Program-made: the position numbers and the translations under genes
In this document: positions 18,045 through 27,715 of the stretch, in pieces
How positions within the stretch are numbered: position 1 is the stretch's first letter
Layout: every line of letters begins with the position of its first letter
Notes under the pieces: model-generated
The model's input: the letters and a program-made list of their open reading frames with translations, nothing else
Database searches by the model: none
Told to the model about the DNA's origin: nothing
From: Candidatus Gastranaerophilales bacterium
Lineage (GTDB): Bacteria > Cyanobacteriota > Vampirovibrionia > Gastranaerophilales > Gastranaerophilaceae
Assembly: GCA_017461425.1 (NCBI GenBank)
Contig: JAFTXY010000010.1
Location: forward strand, 1-49,709
DNA: 49,709 bases
Direction: 5' to 3'

Positions 18045-19187
18045 TTAATCCAAAAGTGACGAAACGAGCTCTTTTGCGTAAAGCTCAGATTCTTTATCAA
18101 AACTACTCATTTTAGTAATTTTATCGCTTGGAATTTTACCTACAATTTCAATATCAGATGGTTTTATTGAATCTGTATAAAAATACTCTAATGGTTTATC
18201 ATTATACTCATCTAATTTGTCCAATCCTATGCCTTCTTGAATTCGCTGTAGATAATCAGAAAGAAAAATGTTCATAACAATATTTTCGGCGCCTAAGTTA
18301 TCATTTGGCGCAATTTTATTATCAATAAGATAATCTTCTAATAAAGTGTAATCATCGCTATCTTGTTCTGATAATAATCGATATTGAGGAAAAGGATTTA
18401 AAATATCTTCCTGATTTCTAACTTTAATTTTATCTAAATTAAGATTTCTTGTAGGTACTTTTAATAAAACCAATCCAGCATTTTCATCAGAATGAAATGC
18501 GCAATGATGCAATAATTTAACCAACAAAGATTTTTCTATGCTTGAGTTTTGTTTATTTGTTAAATTTGCCCAATTATGCAGCAAATCACTTTCAGAAACA
18601 AAAAAGCAGGCTTTTTCACCGTCTTCAATTAATCGTTTGTCAAAAGACATATTTAATCCATTTTTTAGAATGCCTGCAAGATTATCTGCATGAGTTATAT
18701 GATATAAATATTCAGGCAATTTTTTTGCATCTTGCTGAGCAATTTCAGGGGTAACAAATGCTGTTTTAGAAACTACTTCATCAGATGAAAACTCAATTCT
18801 TTTCCTTATTGAACCATCTTTATTGAAAGTCTTTTTAATTGCATTGCCATTTGGTTGTCTATCAAGAGTATATAGCTTCACTCCATCTTTTGAATAAACA
18901 GTATCAATTATTGAACCGTATGGAGTATTAACCTTTTGATATAACATAATACCATTAGTATTATATAATCGAAATTTGCCAGGAGTTGTTGTTGTATAAA
19001 ATCTTACTTCGCCTGCATTATTTTTAATTTCGGTTTTATAAACATTTTCCGTATTTATCAAGTCAGGCTGTTGGGATTGAAATGCTCTAATGCTTGCATC
19101 ATCAGTTCTCGAAGCTAATTTATCTGCCGATTTATGCAATTTTATTCTAGAAAAAAATTCTTTTGGATTAATACTTATAGTATGCAT
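18045..19187 (-). CDS. Fusion protein (380 aa): N-terminal MORN/YwqK-like repeats + DarT/Tpt1-like ADP-ribosyltransferase domain.
   Basis: EYLYHITHADNLAGILKNGL closely matches the DarT (DUF4433) signature YHITHIDNLKGIL and the Tpt1 motif LYHGT...IL..GL. The N-terminal G...Y..NG-type repeats (FYTTTTPGKFRLYNTNGIMLYQK...) resemble YwqK/MORN variants. ATG start with AAGGGGA RBS. Confidence 0.55.
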   Translation of the reverse strand: MHTISINPKEFFSRIKLHKSADKLASRTDDASIRAFQSQQPDLINTENVYKTEIKNNAGEVRFYTTTTPGKFRLYNTNGIMLYQKVNTPYGSIIDTVYSKDGVKLYTLDRQPNGNAIKKTFNKDGSIRKRIEFSSDEVVSKTAFVTPEIAQQDAKKLPEYLYHITHADNLAGILKNGLNMSFDKRLIEDGEKACFFVSESDLLHNWANLTNKQNSSIEKSLLVKLLHHCAFHSDENAGLVLLKVPTRNLNLDKIKVRNQEDILNPFPQYRLLSEQDSDDYTLLEDYLIDNKIAPNDNLGAENIVMNIFLSDYLQRIQEGIGLDKLDEYNDKPLEYFYTDSIKPSDIEIVGKIPSDKITKMSSFDKESELYAKELVSSLLD

Positions 19188-19285
19188 ATTTTCCCCTTGG
19201 GGTAATAAAGTAAAAACAAGAAAAAAAATTGCCCTAAAAAAATAAATAGTCTAAAATATTTTAAGCAGAATGTTATGGTGTCTTT

Positions 19286-20173
19286 ATGAATACATTAAAA
19301 CTACAAAATTCAATATTTAAAATAATTATAGAATTATTTATTTGGAACAAAAAAGCTCGCTCGAAAGCAAAAGCAAATTGGACAAAATGGCATTTAAAAA
19401 AATATGTCAATAAAGCGATAAAAGAAACACAAATAGAAAATATTAAAACAAATAATGAAAGACCAATAATTTGGCAATATTGGCATCAAGGAATAGAAAA
19501 TGCACCATTATTAATTCAAAAATGCATAGAATCAACTAAAAAATTTCATCCTGATTACGAAATAAAGGTTTTATCATTCGAAAACATAAACGACTATGTT
19601 GATATTCCAAAAAAATATTATGATTTATTAGAGCAAAAGAAGATTCCTATCGCAATATTTAGCGATATTTTAAGATTATATCTATTAACAAAATATGGGG
19701 GATGTTGGGTGGATGCAACATTATATTTTACAGGAAGAATCCCTGATAAAATATTAAATTCAAAATTCTTTGTGCCCCAAAAAAATCCAAAGACTGATGC
19801 TTTTGGCGATAAAATGTCTTGTTATTTTATTCGCTCAGATAAAGATTCTATATGGATTCACTTAATAAAAAATGCTATTGAAAATTATTGGAATGAAAAC
19901 GATTATTTAATTCATTATTTTATGTTTGAGCATGTAGTTTCTATGATTTCAGAATCAACAAAAGAATTAAAAAATGACTGGAAAAAAATGCCTTTCATTT
20001 TGACTCAAGAATTTGAAATATTTAGAAAAAATTTATATGACACATATTCTGATGAACTATTTAAGGAAATCAAAAAAACATCATTTATGCACAAATTATC
20101 GTATAAAATCATCCAAAATTCATCAAATAGCAATACCTTCTATGATAAAATCATAAACAATGAGCTATTTTAG
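19286..20173 (+). CDS. Glycosyltransferase with DXD motif (capsular polysaccharide synthesis / OCH1-like sugar-binding family), 295 aa.
   Basis: IWQYWHQG...PIAIFSDILRLYLLTKYGGCWVDAT is characteristic of the Gly_transf_sug / Caps_synth family. Confidence 0.6.
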   Translation: MNTLKLQNSIFKIIIELFIWNKKARSKAKANWTKWHLKKYVNKAIKETQIENIKTNNERPIIWQYWHQGIENAPLLIQKCIESTKKFHPDYEIKVLSFENINDYVDIPKKYYDLLEQKKIPIAIFSDILRLYLLTKYGGCWVDATLYFTGRIPDKILNSKFFVPQKNPKTDAFGDKMSCYFIRSDKDSIWIHLIKNAIENYWNENDYLIHYFMFEHVVSMISESTKELKNDWKKMPFILTQEFEIFRKNLYDTYSDELFKEIKKTSFMHKLSYKIIQNSSNSNTFYDKIINNELF

Positions 20174-21370
20174 CTACTTAGTTTTGTGCAAAATCAAATC
20201 ATACATTTCCAAAATATTACCCATGGATTGAGCATTAGAAAATAAATTTGGATTTTTTATATCACCCAAACCGTATGAATTTCTCATAATATCTCTAATC
20301 AAATTAAATTTTTCTTCAACGGTCATCTTATCAAAGTTTACTATAGCATACTTTCTATCGACATATTTCTTTTTGAGGGAATTTTGCAAACCTTGCTGAC
20401 GAATAATATTACTATATTTATACAAAGGAGAATTTTTTATTTCTTTTGCAAGGTCAAATGGGATTTGTGATTCAATAACCGCACCTTCTCTATATAATTC
20501 AACAAACATTGCTGTTTTATAGTATTGTTCACGTGTAGCGATATCTTCAGGTAATAATTCTGCTAATCTTATGTTAAAATCTGCCGCCGCAACAAAATCA
20601 TTTGAAGAATTGTCAAGATTATTTTCAAACCCTTCTAAATCATAAACACTAAATCCAGCCTTATAATATGCATCTTTAGCTAATTTTAATCCTTTTTCAA
20701 TATAACTGATAGATAAAACTTCAGGCAGAGAATTTGCTGGAGTAGAAACTAAATTTTGATTTATTTCATCTTTCAGCTGCCATCGAGCTTTTTGAGCGCA
20801 ATATTCAGTTGAAGATTTAGAATCATCGATAATTATAAATAGGGCATCGCAATCTGAGCCCGGAAAAGCAAAACCACGACCCATTGAACAATTTTTATCA
20901 TATCCAATAAAAACAGGCTTAAAGCCCATATTTTTCCCAAGCTTATGTGCAACTTTAAATATGTCATGTTCTGCAAATTGACGAACCAATTTTAAATCAG
21001 GAAATCCAGTCTGCAAACAGTATTCCTGAATAAATTTCTCCTTCTGATGATAAGAAAGATTGTCTAATTGAGAAATTAAAAATGGAGCCAATTTATTATT
21101 AAGTATTTCAGAAGCATCATATACACCGTTTACATATTTAAAATATTGCTTTTGAACATTTGTTTTAGAGGTTTCTTCTAAAAAATCTTTAGGATTAAAT
21201 TCCTTATCTTGTTTCAAATCAACATCAAAAGGAACAATCCAATCATTCGGCAAAGAAACACGATACTCAACATTTTCAAAAGTTTTATTTTCATCTCCCT
21301 TAAAGGAAATATTATTTTTACCAACATAATTTGACGCAGTAAATTTAAATAATGAAACACCAGAAATCAC
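20174..21370 (-). CDS. Nucleotidyltransferase-fold protein (GlnE/GlnD-like Pol-beta superfamily NTase), 398 aa.
   Basis: IGYDKNCSMGRGFAFPGSDCDALFIIID fits the G[GS]-x9-13-DxD NTase signature, here G-x-G...SDxDhhh. Confidence 0.45.
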   Translation of the reverse strand: MISGVSLFKFTASNYVGKNNISFKGDENKTFENVEYRVSLPNDWIVPFDVDLKQDKEFNPKDFLEETSKTNVQKQYFKYVNGVYDASEILNNKLAPFLISQLDNLSYHQKEKFIQEYCLQTGFPDLKLVRQFAEHDIFKVAHKLGKNMGFKPVFIGYDKNCSMGRGFAFPGSDCDALFIIIDDSKSSTEYCAQKARWQLKDEINQNLVSTPANSLPEVLSISYIEKGLKLAKDAYYKAGFSVYDLEGFENNLDNSSNDFVAAADFNIRLAELLPEDIATREQYYKTAMFVELYREGAVIESQIPFDLAKEIKNSPLYKYSNIIRQQGLQNSLKKKYVDRKYAIVNFDKMTVEEKFNLIRDIMRNSYGLGDIKNPNLFSNAQSMGNILEMYDLILHKTK

Positions 21371-21427
21371 AACAGCAATCCTTATTTTTACAATTATATA
21401 ATACGCAAAAACAATATTTTTTGCATA

Positions 21428-22297
21428 TTATTTTGCCAAAAATAAAACCAAAAGAAGAACGCCTAAATAAACAAAAAATAAAGCTTTTAATGTCAAATCT
21501 TTTTCTACATAAACAATAGGGTCGTCAACTTTAGATTGTAAACTGTTTAAATACAATAACCTAAAAAATATTAAAGTAAAAGGAATTACAGTAATATAAA
21601 GATATTTTGTATCTGCTCTTAAAATAGTTGCTTCATCCATTACATAAGTAAAATAAAATGCAATCGATAAAACCGCATTAATAACAATATATTGATTTAT
21701 TGTTTCAAGAGTCATTTTTTTAATTGATTTTCGCCTGTTATCGCCAAGTAATAATAATTCCATTTTTCTTTTTGAAAAAGTGAAAAACATTGAAGTAAAA
21801 AATGTCAACAATATAACTAATGCAGAAGGCTCAACTTCAATCGCAAAACCACCAGAAATTATTCTCAAAACAAAACCAAGGGCAATACATGCAACATCAA
21901 TTAATTCAATATGTTTTAAATATAACGAATAAAAAACGTTTAATATAAAGTAGCTTATAATGCAAGCAAAACAGGTTATATTTAAATATAACGACAAGCA
22001 TACAGAAACAAGAATTAAAATTAAAAACAAAAATAATGCCAATTTTTTAGATATTTTTCCACTTGCAATTGGTCTATTGCATTTTTGAGGATGTTTGCAA
22101 TCAGATTTATAATCAATTAAATCATTCATTATATAAACAGCGGAGGATATAAAACAAAAGGCAAGAAATATAATAAAACAATCAAACCATAAATCAATCT
22201 TTAAAAAATTCAAAGAAAAAATTAAAGGAACAATAACAATTATATTTTTAATATAATGATTAACTTTAAAAAGTTTTAAAATTGCACTTAGCATCAT
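21428..22297 (-). CDS. UbiA-family polyprenyl-phosphate prenyl/phosphoribosyl-transferase (289 aa). Possibly a polyprenyl-phosphate pentose synthase, given the context.
   Basis: NDLIDYKSDCKHPQKCNRPIASG matches the UbiA NDxxDxxxD...RP(L/I)xSG motif. 7-9 TM helices. Confidence 0.6.
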   Translation of the reverse strand: MMLSAILKLFKVNHYIKNIIVIVPLIFSLNFLKIDLWFDCFIIFLAFCFISSAVYIMNDLIDYKSDCKHPQKCNRPIASGKISKKLALFLFLILILVSVCLSLYLNITCFACIISYFILNVFYSLYLKHIELIDVACIALGFVLRIISGGFAIEVEPSALVILLTFFTSMFFTFSKRKMELLLLGDNRRKSIKKMTLETINQYIVINAVLSIAFYFTYVMDEATILRADTKYLYITVIPFTLIFFRLLYLNSLQSKVDDPIVYVEKDLTLKALFFVYLGVLLLVLFLAK

Positions 22298-22345
22298 ATT
22301 CTCCCTTGAGGCACGATAATTAAAATATAATACAAAATCAATAAA

Positions 22346-23863
22346 TTAAACACATTTATTGGATAAAATTAAAAAAATTAAATGTATAACAAAGAGAATT
22401 AAATATCCGCCAAGATAAAATATATATTTACAATCTAAGCACAAAGAAAAAATTCTCTCATTAATTAATCTTTTTAAAATATAACAAATTAAAGCAAAAA
22501 TAAAAAACAATATAACCGCATAAAAAATCACATCCAAAATATTGTAATCAGAATTTTTTGCTAAAAATTGCTTAATTTTATAAATAGCTCTAATATTTGT
22601 AAAAATTTGATAGACAATAAAAGAAGAACAGGTCGCAATCATGAGTTTTCTGGGAACAAATTTATATAAAAATGCAAAAAATAACATTAAACAACAAAAA
22701 CAATTCTGTGCATAAATAAAAGAGTTTAAAACTTCATAATAATATGAAGCAATTAGATAAAGAATGACATTTGGTAAAATTAAAGGCGCAAACCTTTTAA
22801 AAGAATCATCTTTAATTGCTTTAAAAAACCAAAAAAGAGGTAGTAGCGCAAATAAAATAAAAGGAATATAGCGCACTAGCTTTTGATTTTGATAAAATAT
22901 CCAATGTTTAGTTTTTATTTTTTCATGAGTTACAATGTGCCTAGAGTAAAATCGCCAGCTTGATTTTCCAGATTTCATAGCATACATAGGTTGTATAAGA
23001 GCGCCTTTTAATAAAAGATTAAACCTTTCTGAAGTTTTATATTTATTAAAATATTTAGCACCTGGATGTTCTTCTTTTTTTAAAATATGTTTAGCTATCG
23101 GGTTTGCAAAAGATTTAACATTATAAGTATTTGATTGAAGAGGCACTAAAATTAGCAAAAAAATTGAAAAAATTGTAAAAATTTTCAAAAAAGCAATAGC
23201 AATCAGCTTTAAATTATTTTTATATACAACGAACAAAAGATAAATTATTAAAATCAAAGAATACAGAGAATTAAAAAGATTTAAAGAAAAAACATAAACG
23301 GAAAGCAGTGCAATAACTACAATTTGCGTATTTTTAAGTTCTTTAATATTATCATCAAGAACCAAACTAATTATATAGTATATAAATAAAGATTGTACTA
23401 AACCAACATATATATATGTTTCTGGAATAGCCGCAAGAATTAAAATAGTATAACTAAAACCAACTATCAAAGTAAAAAATGAAATCAAAGCTTTATTATC
23501 ATAAAATATTTTTTTCAAAATACTGTTAAATATGCAAACAATTCCGCTAGCGCAAAGCGATTGAATAACAATTAAAGATAACGAAGAAGAGCTTAAAATT
23601 GCTTTAAAAAAAGAAACAAGTAGTGACGTAATTGATGATATAGGATGAACAACTGTATGAAATGCTGCAGGATTTTTATACATATATAAAAAACGATAGC
23701 CAGTATCAAAGTTATATATTAAATCAAGCTCCACATCAAGCACTAATGGATTAAAATTAACCAAATACAAGCCAACAAGCAAATATATGAAAAAAAATAT
23801 TAAAAATAAACTACAAGAGAGAGGGAGGGATTGGAATTTTCTTAAACATTCAATTTTTTTCAT
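22346..23863 (-). CDS. Polytopic membrane protein, GT-C-like glycosyltransferase/polymerase candidate (505 aa), paralog A.
   Basis: About 12 hydrophobic segments. Acidic first-loop motif NFDTGYRF. Tandem paralog of 23923..25440. Confidence 0.5.
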   Translation of the reverse strand: MKKIECLRKFQSLPLSCSLFLIFFFIYLLVGLYLVNFNPLVLDVELDLIYNFDTGYRFLYMYKNPAAFHTVVHPISSITSLLVSFFKAILSSSSLSLIVIQSLCASGIVCIFNSILKKIFYDNKALISFFTLIVGFSYTILILAAIPETYIYVGLVQSLFIYYIISLVLDDNIKELKNTQIVVIALLSVYVFSLNLFNSLYSLILIIYLLFVVYKNNLKLIAIAFLKIFTIFSIFLLILVPLQSNTYNVKSFANPIAKHILKKEEHPGAKYFNKYKTSERFNLLLKGALIQPMYAMKSGKSSWRFYSRHIVTHEKIKTKHWIFYQNQKLVRYIPFILFALLPLFWFFKAIKDDSFKRFAPLILPNVILYLIASYYYEVLNSFIYAQNCFCCLMLFFAFLYKFVPRKLMIATCSSFIVYQIFTNIRAIYKIKQFLAKNSDYNILDVIFYAVILFFIFALICYILKRLINERIFSLCLDCKYIFYLGGYLILFVIHLIFLILSNKCV

Positions 23864-23922
23864 AAAACTACCTGTAACAAAATTTATAATATAAAAAATA
23901 TAGAAAATTCACAAGAAAATAA

Positions 23923-25440
23923 TCAAATACAATTTTTTGACATAATTAAAAACATCTGATAAAAAATAGAATAAATTATATATGCGCCAAATAAAATCAA
24001 ATATTTATTTGTCAAAGTTAGTTTTGAAAATTCTTTATTAAAAAATTTCTTGAAAATATAAAAAACAAACACACAAGCAAAAAAGATAGCAATTGAATAT
24101 AGAATAACATCAAATATATTATAAGAAGAATTTTTAGCTATAAACTGTTTTATTTTATAAATAGTGCTAAAATTTATAAACAATTGATAGGCTAAAAAAA
24201 CAGAACATGTTGTTATTAATATTTTTTTAGGTACAAATTTATACAAAAAAGCAAGAAATAGCATAAAACAGCAAAAACAATTTTGTGTATAGATAAAAGA
24301 ATAAACAACTCCGTAAAAATAAGAGCAAAGCGCATATACAAAAATATTTATACACAACAATGGAAAAGTTATTCTAAAAAACTCGTCTTTTTTATTTTTA
24401 AAAACCCAAAATAATGGCAAAATTAAAAAGAAAAGAAAAGGGAGATATCTTGTTACTTTTTGTTTTTCACTAAAATCCCATTTTTTTGTTTTAATTACAC
24501 CACTACCACCTCTAAGATAACATTTGGAAACTTTTTTAGTGGGTTCAGATTTCATTGAATATATAGATTGAATAAAAGCACCTTTAATTAAATAATTAAA
24601 TCTATCTATATTTTTTAATTTATTAAAATATTCTAAACAGCGATGTTCTTTGGTTCCTTTAATATGCTCTACAACAGGCGCAAAAGAAGATTTTATATTA
24701 TATGCTTTTGTTTGCAATGGGACCAATATTGCAACCATTAATGAAAAAATAGCAAATATTTTTAAAAAGATTTTAATTATAGATTTATAATCTTTTTTAT
24801 ATTTTGCAAACAAAAGGTACAAAACAAAAACCAAAGAAAACAAAATGTTAGCCAAATTTATTGCAAAACTAAAAAGCATTAAAATAGAAAGAACTAATGC
24901 ACTTCTTATATCTATTTCATTTTGATTTTTATCAAATAAAAGCTCAATAACATAATACAAAAATAAAATATGGATTAGACCAACAAATATGTAAACTTCA
25001 GGAATTGCAGAAGTAATTAAGACACAAAACGCAAAAGCAAAAAGCAAAGTAAATAATAAAATCAAAATTTTATTATCAGAAAAAAGCTTTCTTAAAATTT
25101 TATTAAACAAACAAACACTAAAACTAGCACAAATTGCCTGCAAAATATTTACACATAACGAAGAGCTAATGACAAAACCCTTTAATAAAGAGGTCAAAGG
25201 AATTAAAATTCCTAAGATAGGATGCGCATCAACTTCAGTTGGAATAAGCACCTTATACATATAATAAAATCTATCGCCATTATCAAAGTTAAAAACTAAA
25301 TTCCATCTCACTTGTTCAATTAAAGGATTGAATGAAACTAAATATATACCAATAAATAGATATATAAAAAAGAACATTAAAAATAAACTACAAGAGAAGG
25401 GGAAAGATTGGAATTTTCTTAAACATTCAATTTTTTTCAT
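23923..25440 (-). CDS. Polytopic membrane protein, GT-C-like glycosyltransferase/polymerase candidate (505 aa), paralog B.
   Basis: Same length and topology as paralog A. Loop motif NFDNGDRF. The first ~20 codons and 58 nt of 5' leader are nearly identical to paralog A. Confidence 0.5.
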   Translation of the reverse strand: MKKIECLRKFQSFPFSCSLFLMFFFIYLFIGIYLVSFNPLIEQVRWNLVFNFDNGDRFYYMYKVLIPTEVDAHPILGILIPLTSLLKGFVISSSLCVNILQAICASFSVCLFNKILRKLFSDNKILILLFTLLFAFAFCVLITSAIPEVYIFVGLIHILFLYYVIELLFDKNQNEIDIRSALVLSILMLFSFAINLANILFSLVFVLYLLFAKYKKDYKSIIKIFLKIFAIFSLMVAILVPLQTKAYNIKSSFAPVVEHIKGTKEHRCLEYFNKLKNIDRFNYLIKGAFIQSIYSMKSEPTKKVSKCYLRGGSGVIKTKKWDFSEKQKVTRYLPFLFFLILPLFWVFKNKKDEFFRITFPLLCINIFVYALCSYFYGVVYSFIYTQNCFCCFMLFLAFLYKFVPKKILITTCSVFLAYQLFINFSTIYKIKQFIAKNSSYNIFDVILYSIAIFFACVFVFYIFKKFFNKEFSKLTLTNKYLILFGAYIIYSIFYQMFLIMSKNCI

Positions 25441-25551
25441 AAAACTACCTGTAACAAAATTTATAATATAAAAAATATAGAAAATTCACAAGAAAAACCA
25501 TTTGAATTTAAAAATTGAAGAGTTAAACTTTTCTTTGGAAAAGAGGAAAAT

Positions 25552-26211
25552 ATGAAAAAAATATTATTAACAACAGCATTAGCAACAACCATTTTCTTTA
25601 ATTGCAACAGTTGCTTTGCACACAATAGCGAAAATTTATCTGCAGAAAATGCGCTAAAAAAATTAAAAGAAGGAAACGAAAGATTTATAAAATTTCATCA
25701 AAAACATCCTGACGAAAACAAAAAAAGAAGAAAAGCAATGTTAAAAGGTCAACACCCTTTTGTTGTTATACTTTCTTGCTCTGATTCAAGAGTGCCACCA
25801 GAGTTGATTTTTGACCAAGGTTTAGGAGATATCTTTGAAATTAGAAATGCGGGAAATGTTCTAGATGACCATATAATAGGAAGTATTGAGTATGCCGTTA
25901 TGCATTGTGGTGTAAAACTAATCGTAATAATGGGACACCAAGATTGCGGAGCGGTAAATGCTACATTATCTGGTGTTTCAGAAACAAAATATATAAAATC
26001 TTTAGAAGATTCAATTCAACCTGCGATAGAAAAATGCAAAAAAGATAACCAAGAAATCACACCAGATAACGTTGCAAAAGCACATGTCGTACAAGATATC
26101 AATGAATTATTAGAGCAAGATAGCGATTTAGTTAAATATATGAAAGAAAATAATGTTCAAATAATTCCTGCTTATTACAATCTTGATAGTGGAAAGGTTG
26201 ATTTTATATAA
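25552..26211 (+). CDS. Beta-class carbonic anhydrase with signal peptide (219 aa).
   Basis: CSDSRVPPE and HQDCGA zinc-ligand motifs. N-terminal signal MKKILLTTALATTIFF. Confidence 0.8.
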   Translation: MKKILLTTALATTIFFNCNSCFAHNSENLSAENALKKLKEGNERFIKFHQKHPDENKKRRKAMLKGQHPFVVILSCSDSRVPPELIFDQGLGDIFEIRNAGNVLDDHIIGSIEYAVMHCGVKLIVIMGHQDCGAVNATLSGVSETKYIKSLEDSIQPAIEKCKKDNQEITPDNVAKAHVVQDINELLEQDSDLVKYMKENNVQIIPAYYNLDSGKVDFI

Positions 26212-26241
26212 CAAAAAACCTCTCTTATGAGAGGTTTTTTA
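26212..26241. terminator. Bidirectional intrinsic terminator (A7-cctctc-ttat-gagagg-T6) between the carbonic anhydrase and gdhA genes.
   Basis: Perfect 6-bp GC-containing stem flanked by an A-run and a T-run. Confidence 0.65.
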
Positions 26242-26257
26242 ATATTGTTTTTATTTA

Positions 26258-27609
26258 TTATATAACACCTTGAGCCATCATAGCATCAGATACCTTTTTA
26301 AATGCTGCAATATTAGCACCAGCAACATAATTTGTGCCTAAATCATATTCTTGCGCAGTTGCTGCACACATATTAAAGATATTTGTCATAATCATATCAA
26401 GTTTTTGATTGACTTCATCAAAACTCCAAGAATAACGCATAGAGTTTTGACTCATCTCTAATGCTGAAGTAGCAACACCGCCAGCATTAGCTGCTTTTGC
26501 GGGAGCTAAAAGAACATTATTTTCTAATAGATATTGAATTGCTTCGTTTGTTGTAGGCATATTTGCACCTTCACCAACGGCAATTACGCTATTTTGAACC
26601 AATATCTTGGCAGTTTCAAGGTTAATATCGTTTTGAGTAGCACAAGGCAATACAATATCAACAGGAACAGTATACACAGATGGAGTTTCACCTTGCGTAT
26701 TTTCCATATAAATTGCATTAGGATATTCTACTAAATATTCTTTAATTCTTAATCTTTCTTTTTCTTTAATTCTTTTAATCTCGTCTAAATCGATACCCAT
26801 TTCATCATATATACATCCATTTGAATCACTCATAGCAACAACTTTTGCACCGTATTCAATAGCTTTTTGGGCAGCATATATCGCAACATTACCAGAACCA
26901 GATATAGAAACTTTTTTGTTTTCAAGAGTCATGTTATTTGCTTTTAACATTTCTCTCATGAAATAAATCAAACCAAAACCAGTAGCTTCTTTTCTGGCTA
27001 AAGAACCACCGTAAGACAATCCTTTTCCAGTTAATACTCCGGCTTCATAAGTATTTTTAATTTTTCTATATTGACCAAATAAATATCCTACTTCACGAGC
27101 GCCAACACCAATATCTCCAGCGGGAACATCAAGATTATGACCAATATGGCGATATAATTCAGACATAAAACTTTGACAAAAACGCATAATTTCGTTATCA
27201 GACTTGCCTTTTGGATCAAAATCTGAACCACCTTTGCCACCACCAATAGGTAAACCAGTTAAAGCATTTTTAAAAGTCTGTTCAAATGCCAAAAATTTCA
27301 TAATACTTTGATTAACGCTTGGATGAAATCTTAAGCCGCCTTTGTATGGTCCAATGCTACCGTTAAACTGTATTCTATATCCACGATTTACATGTATATT
27401 TCCATCATCATCAACCCAAGGAACTCTAAAAGTAATAATTCTTTCAGGTTCAACAAGTCTTTCTAATAACGATACTCTTCTAAATTCATCATGTCTATCT
27501 ATAACAGGTTTTAATGATGACAAAACTTCAGCAACTGCTTGTTTGAATTCAACTTCATGTGAATCTTTGTTGTTAACTTCAGCTAAAACTTTTTCTAAAT
27601 AATTACTCA
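26258..27609 (-). CDS. gdhA: NADP-specific glutamate dehydrogenase (450 aa). True start is most likely MSNYLEKVL at 27609, not the extended track ORF ending at 27682.
   Basis: GDH signature LPIGGGKGGSDFDPKGKS. The N-terminus MSNYLEKVLAEV matches canonical GDH starts. AGGAGC RBS upstream of 27609. Confidence 0.85.
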
Positions 27610-27668
27610 TATAATGCTCCTGTATTTTTTCAAAAAAATTATAACATAATGAAAAAAAATTATTCAAC

Positions 27669-27700
27669 AAAAAAGACCTCATTTGCAGAGGTCTTTTTTA
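27669..27700. terminator. Intrinsic terminator hairpin (agacctc-atttgca-gaggtct + T-run) downstream of the SPFH gene.
   Basis: 7-bp stem with flanking A- and T-runs. Confidence 0.6.
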
Positions 27701-27715
27701 AAAATTAAACTAAAA

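Noticed and set aside
17840-18115. Track ORFs 17840..18100 (-) and 17873..18115 (+)
   Set aside because: They span att repeat copy D and the adjacent intergenic region. Repeat-derived, not genes.
20174-21370. NTase-domain protein considered as a CBASS CD-NTase
   Set aside because: No effector, Cap2/Cap3 or HORMA genes adjacent. The motif is closer to GlnE/GlnD-type NTases, and the context is a glycan biosynthesis cluster.
26258-27682. Extended gdhA start (track ORF begins MRSFLLNNFF...)
   Set aside because: The extra 24 codons are hydrophobic with no RBS and run through the upstream terminator hairpin. The conserved GDH N-terminus MSNYLEKVL with an AGGAGC RBS begins at 27609.
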